Assembly (NCBI RefSeq): GCF_006345805.1
Contig: NW_021832214.1
Coordinates: forward strand, 1-62,862
Direction: 5' to 3'
Origin: Octopus sinensis
Taxonomy: Eukaryota
Length of the DNA: 62,862 nt
The position numbers and the translations under genes were made by a program. Under the pieces are notes generated by a model. The model worked only from the letters and a program-made list of their open reading frames with translations. It searched no databases and was not told the origin of the DNA. Positions 24,001 to 37,694 of the stretch are shown here, in pieces (the first letter of the stretch is position 1; every line of letters starts with the position of its first letter).

Positions 24001-24225
24001 CCTATATATCTTTATATGTGTGTCTGTGTTTGAATCCCCTCTTCACTCTTTGGTCAGCTTTGGTCAGCCCGAAGCTCTAGTAGAAGACACTTGTCCAAGG
24101 TGCAGTACAGTGGGATTGAACTCGGATCCATATAGTTGGGAAGCAAAGTTCTTACTCTCTCTGTGTCTCTCACTGTCTGTCTGTCTGTCTGTCTCTGTCT
24201 GTCTCTCTCTATATATATATATATC

Positions 24226-24531
24226 ACCATGATCACCGTGACCGACCAGGTTATCAGATGTAGTTACACATCGCTGGTCACAATGCGCTTCGCATTGTTT
24301 TAGCCTTCAAATGACGCCACCCCGCTGGCTAAGCGAGCAGGCCAACAGAAGAAAGAGTGAGAGAAAGTTGTGGTGAAAGAGTACAGCAGGGACCCCCCCT
24401 CCCTGCCGGAGCCTCGTGGAGCTTTTAGGTGTTTTTGGTCAATAAACACTCACAACGCCCGGTCTAGAACCGAAGCCGCAATCCTACGACCGCGAGTCGG
24501 CTGCCCTAACCACTAGGCCATTGCGCCTCCA
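24226..24531 (-). mobile_element. SINE, head C plus a third tail (Z)
   Basis: Head matches 2420-2799 but diverges after ..CTCTTTCTTCTGTT into TGGCCTGCTCGCTTAGCCAGCGG..GGTCACGGTGAT. Confidence 0.85.
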
Positions 24532-24541
24532 TATATATATA

Positions 24542-24580
<39 letters not shown>

Positions 24581-24664
24581 ATATATATATATAATTTTAT
24601 ATATATATAATATATATATATAATGTATATATGTATATATATGTATTATATACATATATATGTG

Positions 24665-24863
24665 TGGAAGGTATTGTCAAGGTAGTCTTTTACTACCAGA
24701 GCATAATGAGAGGTGCCCCAACAGTTCGAAAAGATTAGCTCTGGTTTCAAATTGTGCCGCAATTATGTCACGGAGTACGCTTAAGTAAATTGTTACAATG
24801 TACAATTCCATCATAGAAAATAAGTCAATTTAAATAGTGTATACCAACTTTTGGCCCACACTG
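24665..24863. mobile_element. Possible Tc1-like end fragment
   Basis: Ends ..CCAACTTTTGGCCCACACTG|TA; only one end seen. Confidence 0.3.
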
Positions 24864-24950
24864 TACATATATATATATATATGTGTGTGTGGTGTGTGTG
24901 TGTGTGTGTATGTGTGTGTGTGATATTTGCCGCACTTATACTGAAAAGAA

Positions 24951-24994
24951 TGCTGGCTGATGAAAATCGGCATGAAACTCTAGAATTAACAGTA
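24951..24994 (+). ncRNA. Degenerate hammerhead-like motif
   Basis: TGCTGG-CTGATGA-AAATCGGCAT-GAAAC-TCTAGA-ATTA-ACAGTA; cleavage triplet and stems mutated. Confidence 0.35.
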
Positions 24995-25129
24995 GCGGTC
25001 GTACGTCAAACTGCACACACAAGACATATTACGTCTGTGTGTGAGTGTGTGCGTGCGCGTGTGTGTGTGTGTATGTTTGAGCAACTATATATATATATAT
25101 ATATATATACATGCACGTAATCAGACACA

Positions 25130-25202
<73 letters not shown>

Positions 25203-25499
25203 CTAATCACATACACAGTTACAGTGTATGGTTGCTTGCCTCTGAAATGGAACTTGTCATTGTTATCTCAGGAATAACAGTAATTGAGCATTCCGCAGCT
25301 AATTGTTCTTCTTTAATGTTTAACTGATTGTTTTGTTTGAAATTGGAGAGGGATCTACGATAATTAACCAAATAATATGTTACTGTACACTACTGTACTT
25401 ATTGATAAATATCTGTCTCTCTTCACACACGCCCACGCACTCTGATACACATAGTCAAGTACACGCGCATGCACATATCATGTACAATTGTCGAAGCAT

Positions 25500-25573
25500 G
25501 TATATGTACATGTGTATGGGCATACACTTACATATATATATATATATATATACAATATAATATCACATATATA

Positions 25574-25604
<31 letters not shown>

Positions 25605-25613
25605 GTATATATA

Positions 25614-25644
<31 letters not shown>

Positions 25645-26025
25645 TAATATATATTATGTATATATATGATATATATATATATATATATATGTATAGTATA
25701 TATATATATATATATGTATATTATATGTATATATATGTATATATATAAATTACGTATATACGTAATATATATATATATATATGTAAATATACATATATTT
25801 ATTTAGTTATAGACATGTGTGTGAGTGTGTGTGTATGCATGCATGCATGTGTGTCTGTGTGTGCGTGTTTGTGTGTGTGTGTATTTGTATGTGTGTGTGT
25901 GTTTGTGTGTGTCTGTGTGTTTGTGTGTGTTTGTGTGTGTGTGCGTGTGTTTGTATGTGTGTTTGTGTGTGTGTTGTGTGTGTGTGTGCTTGTGTTTGTG
26001 CGTGTGTGTGTGCGCGCGTTTGTGT
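25500..26025. repeat. (TA)n followed by (TG)n-rich tract
   Basis: Direct reading. Confidence 0.9.
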
Positions 26026-26208
26026 GTGTAACATGCTATTTTGAAGAATGCGTGTTGTTAGTAGCAACATTAGTTTTCCTTACGCTAAATTAACTTCGAA
26101 TTTTAATTACAAATGTTTTGAAAGTGTTTCTTGTACAATTGCCTTTCAGTCTTTCCTTACTTTCTTCTTCAGAAAGCAAAACATCTTAACGAACCTCATT
26201 TAGTAGTA

Positions 26209-26464
26209 GACGTCCGTAGCTCAGTGGTTAGAGGGTGTTGGACTCAGGATCGTAAGATTGTCGTTTCGATTCCTGGACTGGACGGCATGTTGTGTTCTTT
26301 AGCAAAACACTTCATTTCACGTTGCCCCAGTCCACTCAGCTGGCAAAGATGGGTAATCTTGCGACTGACCGGTGTTCCGTCCAGGTGGTGAGTTTATACA
26401 CCATTGAATCCGGGAAACCGGCCCTTAAGAATCGGTATCACTCATGAAGGTAATTTTAACTTTA
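26209..26464 (+). mobile_element. SINE, head D/CORE-like plus tail Y-like
   Basis: Head GCTCAGTGGTTAG..GTTTCGATTCC; tail CCGTCCAGGTGG..CCGGGAAACCGGCCC. Confidence 0.8.
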
Positions 26465-26706
26465 CATCATTTAGTACACAGTTCTTTAAGTCTAATACAT
26501 CCTTTCTACAATAGGCACAAGGCCTGACATTTTCGGAGAGGGGACTTGTCGATTATATCATTCTCAGTGCTTAACTGGTACTTATTTCATCGGCTCTGAA
26601 AAGACGAAAAGCACAATCGACCTCGGCGGAATTTATGTCTAATATATTTTTGAGAAGGGTAACTGATAGAATATAACAAACTTTGAATTGCATACGAGAG
26701 GTTATA

Positions 26707-27009
26707 TCTTTATATATAAAATTGAAGTTGTGTGTGTGAGACTCTGTCTCCTCCGTGTTAAATTCCTAACTACTCTCACACTTTGCGGTGCAATTTAACC
26801 AAAAGCGGGTATCTTATAGTCGTCATTCATATCGAGCCCTTCTGGGTATTAGCGCGCGTCTACGATGAGTCTACGATTTAAAAAAAATTACCATCATTTT
26901 CCGCATCTTTAATGATTTTTGCTCGGGTTATATAAGGGAAGCAACTCTCTAAAAATGCTTATATAGTTATTTCCCTTACAAACCCGAGCAATGCCGGGCG
27001 ATACTGCTA

Positions 27010-27010
<1 letters not shown>
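26707..27010 (+). mobile_element. Non-autonomous Helitron (family 1), 304 bp
   Basis: A|TC..CTAG|T termini and hairpin; twin of 22858-23158. Confidence 0.85.
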
Positions 27011-27045
<35 letters not shown>

Positions 27046-27102
27046 CTAGTTCGATCGAGAGCACGAGTGTGTGTGTCCGTGTGTTATTGACGAGGCGGCC
27101 GG

Positions 27103-27685
27103 ATAAACAAGAAGATCTACAATTTTTCCTCAAGCCAAGCTATTTTCGACGCCGCTACCCCCTACTACGATGAGGCACTGTCATCGAGTGGGTTTAAGGA
27201 CAGCATCCCCTACATGCCAGGCCCTAGCAGCCGGAACTGTTCCCAGTTCCGCCACCTCAGAAGATGACCAAATATTTATCTTTGACAACGACAGAAGAAC
27301 CAGCCCCGCACCGTATGTTACCAGTGATACGAATAGGGACACATCTGACGTGTGTAAATGTATTGGTTCTGCGAGTACTTCGTTCAAGTGACGTTTTCTT
27401 ACTTAACCACCAGTCATCATTCAGAGTCCCGGAAAGAGTTAGCCACGTCCCTGGCCCGCCATGTATGGCACCTCAAAGATCAAAGGACTCCGTGTGATAT
27501 AAGGGAGAAATTAATTGATCATCCGGGCTCGTATATTAATAGAAGTGGCCGTTGCAAGATCTGTATCGCGGAGAGAGCCAAAATTCTTAAGGACTATAAG
27601 AAACCTGGCACATTAAAAAGTCGTAAAAAGCATTTTCTAAATGTATCAACTTCAAGCGCTACTTACTGGAAAATTGGATCTCCCA
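27103..27685 (+). pseudogene. Penelope-like element ORF remnant: RT thumb plus GIY-YIG endonuclease, internally deleted and frameshifted
   Basis: INKKIYNFSSSQAIFDAATPYYDEALSSSGFKD; CIGSASTSFK*RF; TSLARHVWHLKD; RSGRCKICIAER..TLKSRK; SKC..KRYLLEN. Confidence 0.8.
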
Positions 27686-27833
27686 TAGGCTTCTTTGGAT
27701 CTATAAGGGCTTTTTTCCCTTTGATTCAGAGGAGAAACCGGCCCTCATTAACGTTTTCTTGTTAAGACCTATTCCTCGAGCTCTGAGCGCTTCATCGCGT
27801 ATGTGACGTACGTATTTTAAATTTTGTATTTAT

Positions 27834-27897
27834 ATAGAGTCTGACGAGCTGTTCGCAAGGCTTTGCTTTGTGTATGCGAAGCCTTTGGTTACTCTAT
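27834..27897 (+). ncRNA. Type-I hammerhead-like motif downstream of the PLE ORF
   Basis: ATAGAGT-CTGACGA-[GC..GC]-GAAGCC-TTT-GGTT-ACTCTAT; perfect 7-bp stem I; A15.1G variant. Confidence 0.65.
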
Positions 27898-27995
27898 GTC
27901 CAAGACATAGAATATTTTTAGGGTGGGCTTCTTTCTGATAAATGTTTTTTAATTAAACATATATAATATATATAATATATATATATATATTATAT

Positions 27996-28084
<89 letters not shown>

Positions 28085-28944
28085 AAGTTTCTGCTCAGAG
28101 CTGTGGCATGCTGATACACCGCCATTATATATATATATATATATAATGGGGAAAATGGAGGAGAGAGGGGAAAAATTATATGATACATATGCAGGTATTC
28201 TACGATTTTTGTATGTACATATTTATGTGCATGTGTATGTGCGTGTGTGTATATATGTGTGCTTGCGTATGTGTGCTTGCGTCTGTATGCTTGTGTGTGT
28301 GTGTGTGCACGCGTTCGCATGTGTGTGTATAGCCAAATAATATAATTATACTTCATACTGCGTATTCCACAGACGTTGGAATGTTAGTTGAGTCAAACAG
28401 TGCTTGGTTTGTGGTAAAACGAAGGAAAAAAATTTACCTTGCCCAGAAACACACAATCGCACACACACACACACACATATACACGTACACACACCTATAA
28501 AGAGCCTCACAGCTTGAAAGCTACCACTGCGAAAGAAAGCCTCACCAAATACTTGATGAGGTGCACGCAGAACAGCGAGATTCCAAACAAAACGTATCTA
28601 TTCTTTCTTAATACGCACTGGCAGATTCGAACATGAATACGTTAAATCACAGTTCTATTTTCTCATCAGAGAACATTTTCTTCTTCTAGACGATGTGTGT
28701 TCATAACACAGTTGATTAACTGATATAAGGTGAATTTTGAACCGTATTATGTGTCTCTATACAGTCAACGACCTCCTTAGATCAATACGTTAAAAAGAGT
28801 ACTCACCCTTGTTTATAGATATCTACAGAAAAATCATTTGCCTGCTGATGTCTGCGAAATTGATAATATTTCAAGAGGTGTGAGAACGCAAACAATGAGG
28901 TATGTATTTCTCTTAATAGAATTTGGCATATCCGAACGTATATA

Positions 28945-29335
28945 TATTTCTTTACTGCCCACAAAGGGCTAAACATAGAGGGAACAAACAAGGACAGACA
29001 AACGGATTAAGTCGATTACATTGACCCCAGAGCGTAACTTGTACTTAATTTATCGACCCCGAAATGATGAAAGGCAATGTCGACCTCGGCGGTATTTTGA
29101 ACTCAGAACGTAACGACAGACAAAATACCTATTTCTTTATTACCCACAAGGGGCTAAACATAGAGGGAACAAACAAGGACAGACAAACGGATTAAGTCGA
29201 TTACATTGACCCCAGAGCGTAACTTGTACTTAATTTATCGACCCCGAAAGGATGAAAGGCAAAGTCGACCTCGGCGGAATTTGAACTCAGAACGTAGCGG
29301 CTGACGAAATACGGCTACGCATTTCGCCAATCCGA
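28945..29335 (-). mobile_element. Family-A SINE head-to-tail dimer
   Basis: ~184-bp duplication with junction (minus strand) AAAGAAATAGG|TATTTTGTCTG. Confidence 0.9.
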
Positions 29336-29734
29336 ACGTGTATATGCTGATCAATATTTATTTGGCCTCCGGAGAATATGTCCTCCCTTTAGACTACGTA
29401 GTTTCATAACGTATACCATTCAATGTAAGGGGATTTTGAAGGCATCAAGGTATTTCGACCTTCTTGTCTGTCTCCTCAATGAAAGCTACCACCAGTTCAG
29501 TGAATCTATAAAATTATTGGTTCTTGTTTATCGAAATCAGCAAACAACTTATTTTCTGGTGCGTCCTGATGTCTTTCAAACTAATAATAATTCATGGAAT
29601 GCACGCAGAACAGCGTGTATCTTTTTACCTCTCCATACGTTCTCACAGCATCGAACGTGCTGACATCGCCGTTATATTTTGTGATCAGAGAATGTCTTCT
29701 CTCTTTACACGATATCTGTTAACACTCTCTTTAC

Positions 29735-29930
29735 TCTTTTACTCTTTTACTTGTTTCAGTCATTTGACTGCGGCCATGCTGGAGCACCGCCTTTAGTTGA
29801 GCAAATCGACCCCAGGACTTATTTTTTGTAAACCTAGTACTTATTCTATCGGTCTCTTTTGCCGTGGACGTAAACACACCAGCATCGGTTGTCAAGCGAT
29901 TTTGGCGGGGGGACAAACACACACACACAC

Positions 29931-29980
<50 letters not shown>

Positions 29981-30150
29981 TACGACGGGCTTCTTTCAGT
30001 TTCCGTCTACCAAATCCACTCACAAGGCTTTGGTCGGCCTGAGGCTATAGTAGAAGTAGAAACTTGCCCAAAGTACCACGCAGTGGGACTGAACCCAGAA
30101 CCATGTGGTTGGTAAGCAAGCTACTTAACACACGGCCACACCTGCGCCTA
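29735..30150 (-). mobile_element. SINE family B, full length
   Basis: Alignment to family B. Confidence 0.9.
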
Positions 30151-30763
30151 GAACACGTGCAGTTCTATGATGAAAGAACTCTACACAAAAACAAAAAATG
30201 AACAATGAAATGATAACTTGCGGGCTTTGCCCAACCAAAACCGCAAACATTAATCACCAGATTGCCAACCACCAAAGAATATTCTTTAGATACTATCTTC
30301 TTATACAGCACGATAAGGTAGCTTGAGCAAAGGTAGCGTAGCTAGAACAAAGAAGGATAGAGAAAGAATGGGAGAAAATATTGACAAATAAAGATAAATA
30401 TATATATTGGTATATATTTATCAAAAAATTATTAGTGAAATTTAAGAATAAAATAAAAAAATAACCAAGCTAAAATTCAAGCTAATTTGTATTCTTGTTT
30501 GAAGCGCTAAAATATGAACATCATGTGTTATAGAAGTCAGATGGTCACGTGATGTAGATGTTGTAAGAAAAATAAAAAAGGAAAGAAGACAGTTGTGGAC
30601 CTGAGAAAAGGTACTTGCAAAATCTGCACTGGAATAACGTTCAGCTTATAACCCTTGTTACTGGAGTGACGGGGATATGTACCTACCAGCCTGGATTTAA
30701 GGGGTGAACGGCAAAGAAAACACGATCAGTTTTTACATACATGCATATATATGTGATATGTGT

Positions 30764-30805
<42 letters not shown>

Positions 30806-30946
30806 CCCGGAGCAGGTGGCCCATATAAAATAAACTCTAAAACTCTAATTAGGAAAAGAAATTTGTTTTCACATACGTATGTGCATTCACGTAAAAATAC
30901 ATATATGCATACACATATAGAGAGATGTACAGATGCTTGAACAGTA

Positions 30947-30947
30947 G

Positions 30948-31004
<57 letters not shown>

Positions 31005-31005
31005 T

Positions 31006-31059
<54 letters not shown>

Positions 31060-31117
31060 CAATAGATAGATAGATAAATAGATAGATAGATAGATAGATC
31101 AATAGATAGATAGATAA

Positions 31118-31173
<56 letters not shown>

Positions 31174-31275
31174 GTAGGTAGATAGATAGATAGATAGATT
31201 GATAGATAGGTATGTATGTAGGTAGGTAGGTAGGTAGAAAGATAGATAGATAGAAATGTAGGTAGATAGATACAT
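30947..31275. repeat. (GATA)n array
   Basis: Direct reading. Confidence 0.95.
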
Positions 31276-31749
31276 AAACATAGAGATAAGCATAAAGAGA
31301 GTGAAAGCGAGATAGAGTACAAGCAATTTCATGCGGTTATTATAGAATAAGAAAGGTATGTGTTGAGGTGTTGATAGTGGTACCGAAGGGACCGTGGTTA
31401 CATGACGGCACAGAGGAGCTGGTAAAGTCATGGACGGAGGGTTAAAGTTGGATCAGAAAGGGTGGAGTTAGAGAAAGAGATGAGGTGACTTAATTAGGAG
31501 TAAAAGAGCAAAGTTCATTTTAATATCAATATTATTGCTAGCAACCGGTGCATAGCGTCGGCTTGAAGGATCGGTGTAGAAAGGGCGTTGTCCATTTGCT
31601 AGAGGAATTATTAAGCAGGACCCCAGGGAGACATGGCTTCTTCCGGCAAATAGAAGTGAAAATTAAAAAAATACAATTTCTATAAGAAATTGTGTGGATG
31701 TGTCTGCGTGGATCTGTGTGTAAATGCGCGTATGTACACATATACATAC

Positions 31750-31809
<60 letters not shown>

Positions 31810-31878
31810 ACACACACATCCGCACACACACATATATATAAGTGTGCATATATGTGTATATATGTATATATATGTATG

Positions 31879-31910
<32 letters not shown>

Positions 31911-32025
31911 ATGGTCATAACTAGTGTATTATATATGTATATATATGATAGATATCTAATGTATATGTATATATGCATACATACATATGTTTATATATGT
32001 GTTTATATATTTATGTAATTTTTGC

Positions 32026-32059
<34 letters not shown>

Positions 32060-32280
32060 ATATATTATGTATGTATATACTTGTATGCATATTATATTAT
32101 ATATGTGTATGTACATATGTATACATATATGTATGTATATATATATGTATATGTGTATGTATATATATATGTATATATGTGTATGTATATGTATATGTAT
32201 ATATATATTGTAATTATATATATAATATTATATATATATATATATTTAGATATATATATATATATATACATATATGTTTG
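31750..32280. repeat. (CA)n/(TA)n/(TATG)n compound tract
   Basis: Direct reading. Confidence 0.9.
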
Positions 32281-32672
32281 TAAGGCCCACTGAGATGGAA
32301 AGTCTACGTACAGTGCGTCCATATATAGAGTATATGAAGGGAATCGAGTACACCGGTTCTCAATGCAAGTACCAACTGCTGTGAGCTTTTATTTATAAAA
32401 GATACAGTAATACATCTGTGCTAATTATCAGTCGCTAGTGGTTTCGGCGATATGATACGACAGTATTGCGTGCGTACGTTGTCAAATTACTTATGTGTGT
32501 GTGTCTATGTGAATATGTAGGCGCCTGTATGTGTTGTACATACATACATACATACATACATACATACATACATACATACATACATACATACATACATACT
32601 TACTTACATACATACATACATATGTCTATCTATATATATATATATATTTACATACACACATACACACACATA

Positions 32673-32726
<54 letters not shown>

Positions 32727-33750
32727 TACAGTTATTTGTTATATATATATAAATATGCATGTGTGTATGTATGTATATGTATACAGGCACTCAGGCGCAT
32801 ATATATATATATATTAGGTATATATAGTCATACATATACATATATATATATATATATATATATGCGTCTAGGGATACACATATACATGTAAAACTCTACT
32901 TGAATGTATGTATGTATGTTGTATGTATGTATGTATGTGTGTAGGTTTACGCAATACATTCAAATATATACAGGCATACACTGCGTTACGGAAACGCTTC
33001 ACTCTTGAACAGGCTTCGATAAGGGAAATTCCGTAACGTCAAACCAATTTTCTATTGATTTTCATGCTCTTTTGGAGTCTGTGAGAAACAGATTTTTCTT
33101 TACGGAATCCCAATTTCGCGCCAAACTTTCCTAACGCTGTCACCGCATGATCTATGTGGTTGTTGGAGATCTGGTCACCCACTATTTCTTCCTTAACTCT
33201 TTATATTTCTAAAATTTACCTGACGATGGCGGATTTTGTCCATGATGTAATCTAAGAATGCATCAATAAAATGTTACTGAAAGATCTCTTGTGTTCCGAC
33301 TAAAGCCTCAATTTCTTCTTTCTCCTACATTCTTTGTGTATAGTAATATTAATCAATAATTGTTGTCTACAACCATACGAAATTTTTTAGCGCCCTTTCT
33401 TTATATATTGCAGTTAAAGCCTTTTATGATGTAGACAAGTTAAGTGTCAGCAGATTTCGGGGCTTAGAGTTTCGTCAGGCTTGTTTTGTTTTTTTTTTGT
33501 CTTTTAATCGCTTAGTCAGGGGTAGAAGCGCAGTGCTTATGACCCTTATTTGATAGTAACCCTCACTGTATCCGACTTGTATGTCTGTAATAGACTGGAC
33601 TTCGACAAAGCCACTCAAATACCATGTGGCTTCTACGACGGATTGCTACACAGATATTGTCTATCAAATATAGTTCACAAGGCTTTAGTCGACCCGACGC
33701 AACCGCAGAAGTCGCTTGCTAACGGTTTCATAAAGCGGCACCAAACCCCC

Positions 33751-34130
33751 GTGGAGGCGCAATGGCCCAGTGGTTAGGGCAGTAGACTCGCGGTCATAGG
33801 ATCGCGGTTTCGATTCCCAGACCGGGCGTTGTGAGTGTTTATTGAGCGAAAACACCTAAAGCTCCACGACGCTCCGGCAGGGGATGGTGGTGATCCCTGC
33901 TGTACTCTTTCACGACAACTTTCTCTCACTCTGACTTCCTGTTTCTGTTGTACCTGTATTTCAAAGGGCCAGCCTTGTCACTCTCTGTGTCACGCTGAAT
34001 ATCCCCGAGAACTATGTTAATGGTACACGTGTCTGTGGAGTGCTCAGCCACTTACACGTTAATTTCACGAGCAGGCTGTTCCGTTGATTCGGATCAACCG
34101 GAATCCTCGTCGTCGTAACCGACGGAGTGC
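33751..34130 (+). mobile_element. SINE, head C plus tail X, full length
   Basis: Near-identical to the reverse complement of 2420-2799. Confidence 0.9.
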
Positions 34131-34982
34131 TTCTTAGAGCGGCATCAGATCCCCAAACATTTAGTTACGAAAGAAACTTGTTAGCTAGACAGCGATAGCT
34201 ATTTCGCCACACTCAGGAATTAGGAGACTTTTTCTCTTCCGTGTAGAGTTTTCTATATTATCATTGATCATGGAATATGTTTGCACATACTTTGTGTATT
34301 CTTATAGATATTTTAACAAGAAACTTGGTTCGTCATCATTTCCTATTGTTCCCTAATAGCTCATTTTCTGTAGTGTTTTGCGGCTTCTTCTTCATTTGTT
34401 TTTTCTTCCAAATACTGTCCAGGTGCTGCGATTCTTATGTGGAACATTCTCGATTGCGGGTTTTTTCTATTCATTGTCGATATTCCTTATCAAAATATTC
34501 TCTTCTTATTTGTTAACGTTCCATAGATTTTCGTATTACTTCAGTTCTTGCTAAAATTTGTTGAGGTTGAAGTTGAATCCTGGACGCAGCTTTACCAAAT
34601 AGTTAAGAAGTTAGCTTCGCCATTACGAGATCTGGGATTCCATCCCTTTGCAGGTCATCTTGGATAAATGTCTTTCTCTGTTACCTCGGGCCAACCAAGG
34701 CCATCTGAGTGAAATTTGGTAGACAGAAATTGCGTGAAACTCATAGGATGGATTGTAGTTGTAATTCAAAGGCATAGACCTGTCGCACAATCGGTAGAGC
34801 ATCAGAAGAAATAGTTCGTAGTCTTTTTAAGACAATTTACATTCTGAGTTCAAATTCCCCTGAAGTCGACCATCCTTTTAATCCTTTCAGGATCAATAAA
34901 ATAAAGTTCCAGTCGCAGAATGAGGTCGCCAGTATCGACGAATCTGTTCTACTAAAAAATGTAGATCTTGTAACTAAAATAT

Positions 34983-34983
<1 letters not shown>

Positions 34984-35033
<50 letters not shown>

Positions 35034-35061
35034 GTCATCATCGTCATCATCGTCATCATCG

Positions 35062-35093
<32 letters not shown>

Positions 35094-35136
35094 GTCGTCA
35101 TCATCGTCATCATCATCATCATCATCGTCATCATCG

Positions 35137-35179
<43 letters not shown>

Positions 35180-35189
35180 TATCATCATC
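34984..35189. repeat. (TCA)n/(TCG) trinucleotide array
   Basis: Direct reading; source of poly-D/poly-M ORFs. Confidence 0.95.
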
Positions 35190-35195
35190 AACGCG

Positions 35196-35402
35196 CTGAG
35201 CTGAAATACTCGTTAGCACGCCGGGCTAAATGCTTAGCGGTATTTCGACCGTCGCTACGTCCTGAGTTCAAATTCTGCTGTGGTCAGCTTAGTTTTTCAT
35301 CCTTTCAGGGTCGATAAAATAAGACCCAGCTGAACACTGGGGCCGATATAATCAACACACCTCCTCCCCCAAAATGTTTGCCCTTGTGGCAAAATTTGAA
35401 CC

Positions 35403-35453
<51 letters not shown>

Positions 35454-35635
35454 CATTATTATTATTATTAAGCTGGCAGAATCGTTAGCACGAATCGTTA
35501 TTAAGCTGGCAGAATCGTTATCTTTCATCTTTTCGGGGTCGATGAAATAAGTACCAGTTAAGCACTGGGGTCGATGCAATCGACTGGTCCCCTCCTCCAA
35601 AACTTCAGGCCTTGTGCCTATAGTAGAAAGTATTA
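35196..35635 (+). mobile_element. Two family-A SINE copies separated by (TTA)n
   Basis: Alignment to family A. Confidence 0.8.
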
Positions 35636-35641
35636 TTATTA

Positions 35642-35703
<62 letters not shown>

Positions 35704-36811
35704 CATTAAGGTAATCGACAACAGAATCGTTAAAGCAGTGAACAAAATGCCTTCCGGTTTTTAGTTAGGATCTTATACAATTTTAGTTCAGCTCTCACCA
35801 GGGGGGCAAAGGGTTTAACCCATTCTTTAACGCATTCGTCCTTCCGGGGAAGGTAAATTAAGTAGATGTCAAGTGCTGAAGTCGTTTAAATCGTTAACAT
35901 CCTGCCCCAGAATACGTGGCCAGTGATTTCTCAGACATTATTATAATTATATCCATATCGCACATAGATCATGTATCACTTTCACAGTCCAAGGAACGAG
36001 ACACAACCAGTGAATAATTCTCCTGTGGGATTCTTTCCTCAGCTCAGTTTTCAAACACTTTCCTTGGGATCCTTGTGGTTCCTAGCAGTGTGGTTTTTCT
36101 GTATTATCCTGTCTGAATTTCAGTCCCAAATTCCTTCAACCATGACACTAGTTTCTTTATGTTTGTCTGAAAAATGCCCGCTATCACCGGCACCATTACA
36201 GCATTTCCTACCTCATACATTTGCATGTTGTCTTTTTAGATTTGGGGACTTTCTGAATCTCTTGATGTCCCTTCTTTTTCTCATACAAAATTATTGTTAC
36301 ACAGTAATGCTATACTAATTATTGTATACTGCCTATCTTTAGATTAACGATAACAATGTCTTATCTTATTGCCTTAATCATTCCGATCACATATTTTGAA
36401 ATCTTTGGCGAGAATATTGTGTCCCCTGGCCTGTTATAGAGCCAGGTCTGTTGGGAAAGGGTAAATAAATATTCTCAAACCGAGAAGCTGAAAACTTGCA
36501 ACAAAATTGAATCCGCTAAAAGCATCTAAGGCGCCATCTGGCGGCGTTAAACAGGGAGACGTTCTAAGTCTATCACTGGCGGGATTTCATCTCAAAACGT
36601 AAAGAGCATATAAACGCTGGCAATGTTGCCAGCGTTTATAAGCTTTCATAACACTTTGTAACATCGTCCTGACATTTATATATGCTGCTACAAATATGGT
36701 TGTCATGTCATGCAAAACACAAATGCTCTGACAGTCTTATTGTCTACGTATATTTGGATGCAGATAATTTTAACGTTATTTGTGCCTTTGTGTAGCTTCG
36801 GGCCTACCTTA

Positions 36812-37225
36812 TTTCTTTATTGCTCACAAGGGTCTAAACATAGAGGGGACAAACAAGGACAGACAAACAGATTAAGTCAATTACATTGACCCCAGTGTTT
36901 AACTGGTACTTAATTTATCGACCCCGAAAGGATGAAAGGCAAAGTCGACCACGGCGGAATTTGAACTCAGAACATAACGGCAGATGAAATACCTATTTCC
37001 TTACTATCCACAGGGGAATAAACACAGAGAGGACAAACAAGGACAGACAAACGGATTAAGTCGATTATATCGACCCCAGTGCGTAACTGGTACATAATTT
37101 AACGACCCCGAAAGGATGAAAGGCAAAGTCGACCTTGGCGGAATTTGAACTCAGAACCTAACGGCAGACGTAATACCGCTAAGCATTTCGCCCGACATGC
37201 TAACGCTTCTGCTAACTCGTCGCCT
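36812..37225 (-). mobile_element. Family-A SINE head-to-tail dimer
   Basis: Same junction as 29 kb and 54 kb (..GGAAATAGG|TATTTC..). Confidence 0.88.
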
Positions 37226-37694
37226 ATCTTAGTCAAGCAAATCTCGGCGAGGATCAGATGCCTTCTAGCCGTGGTCATCCCACCTTTCCAATGTATTACT
37301 TTTTCTTACCCCTTACCCGCCACCAAAACGAAACGAAAACCCCTCCAGTGTTGTGATATGTTTCAGGTATATTCAGGTCTTGCGCTTCTTGTATTGAACA
37401 TTCTCGATCGATAGAACCTTCTATGATCGTATAAACACATTCGTAATTCATGTAAGTAATCGATAGTTTGATTTGGGGGATATTTGAATGCTATTTCTAG
37501 CAAGGCGGGTGACCGCAGGGAGACATCAAGGTTTATTTGTCTTCTTCATTATGTGAATTCGAGTGGGTCGATGACTTAATCTAAGAGTAACAAAGAAGTA
37601 TGCAACAACCTCAGTCCTCAACACACTATTTCTCACACCACAAAGATACGTACTCTAGTGGTTAATGTGTTGATCTCCCGATTATATGTTCATG

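Noticed and set aside
27389-27391. In-frame TGA in the PLE nuclease as possible selenocysteine (some Naiad PLEs are reported to be selenoproteins)
   Set aside because: The position is not a Cys-type column (FK*RF), the ORF is otherwise broken, no SECIS was found, and CGA-to-TGA decay is a simpler explanation.
33751-33830. tRNA-like sequences at SINE heads as tRNA genes
   Set aside because: A/B boxes are present but there is no acceptor stem; each continues into a SINE body.
34952-35219. Poly-Asp / poly-Met ORFs
   Set aside because: (TCA)n microsatellite.
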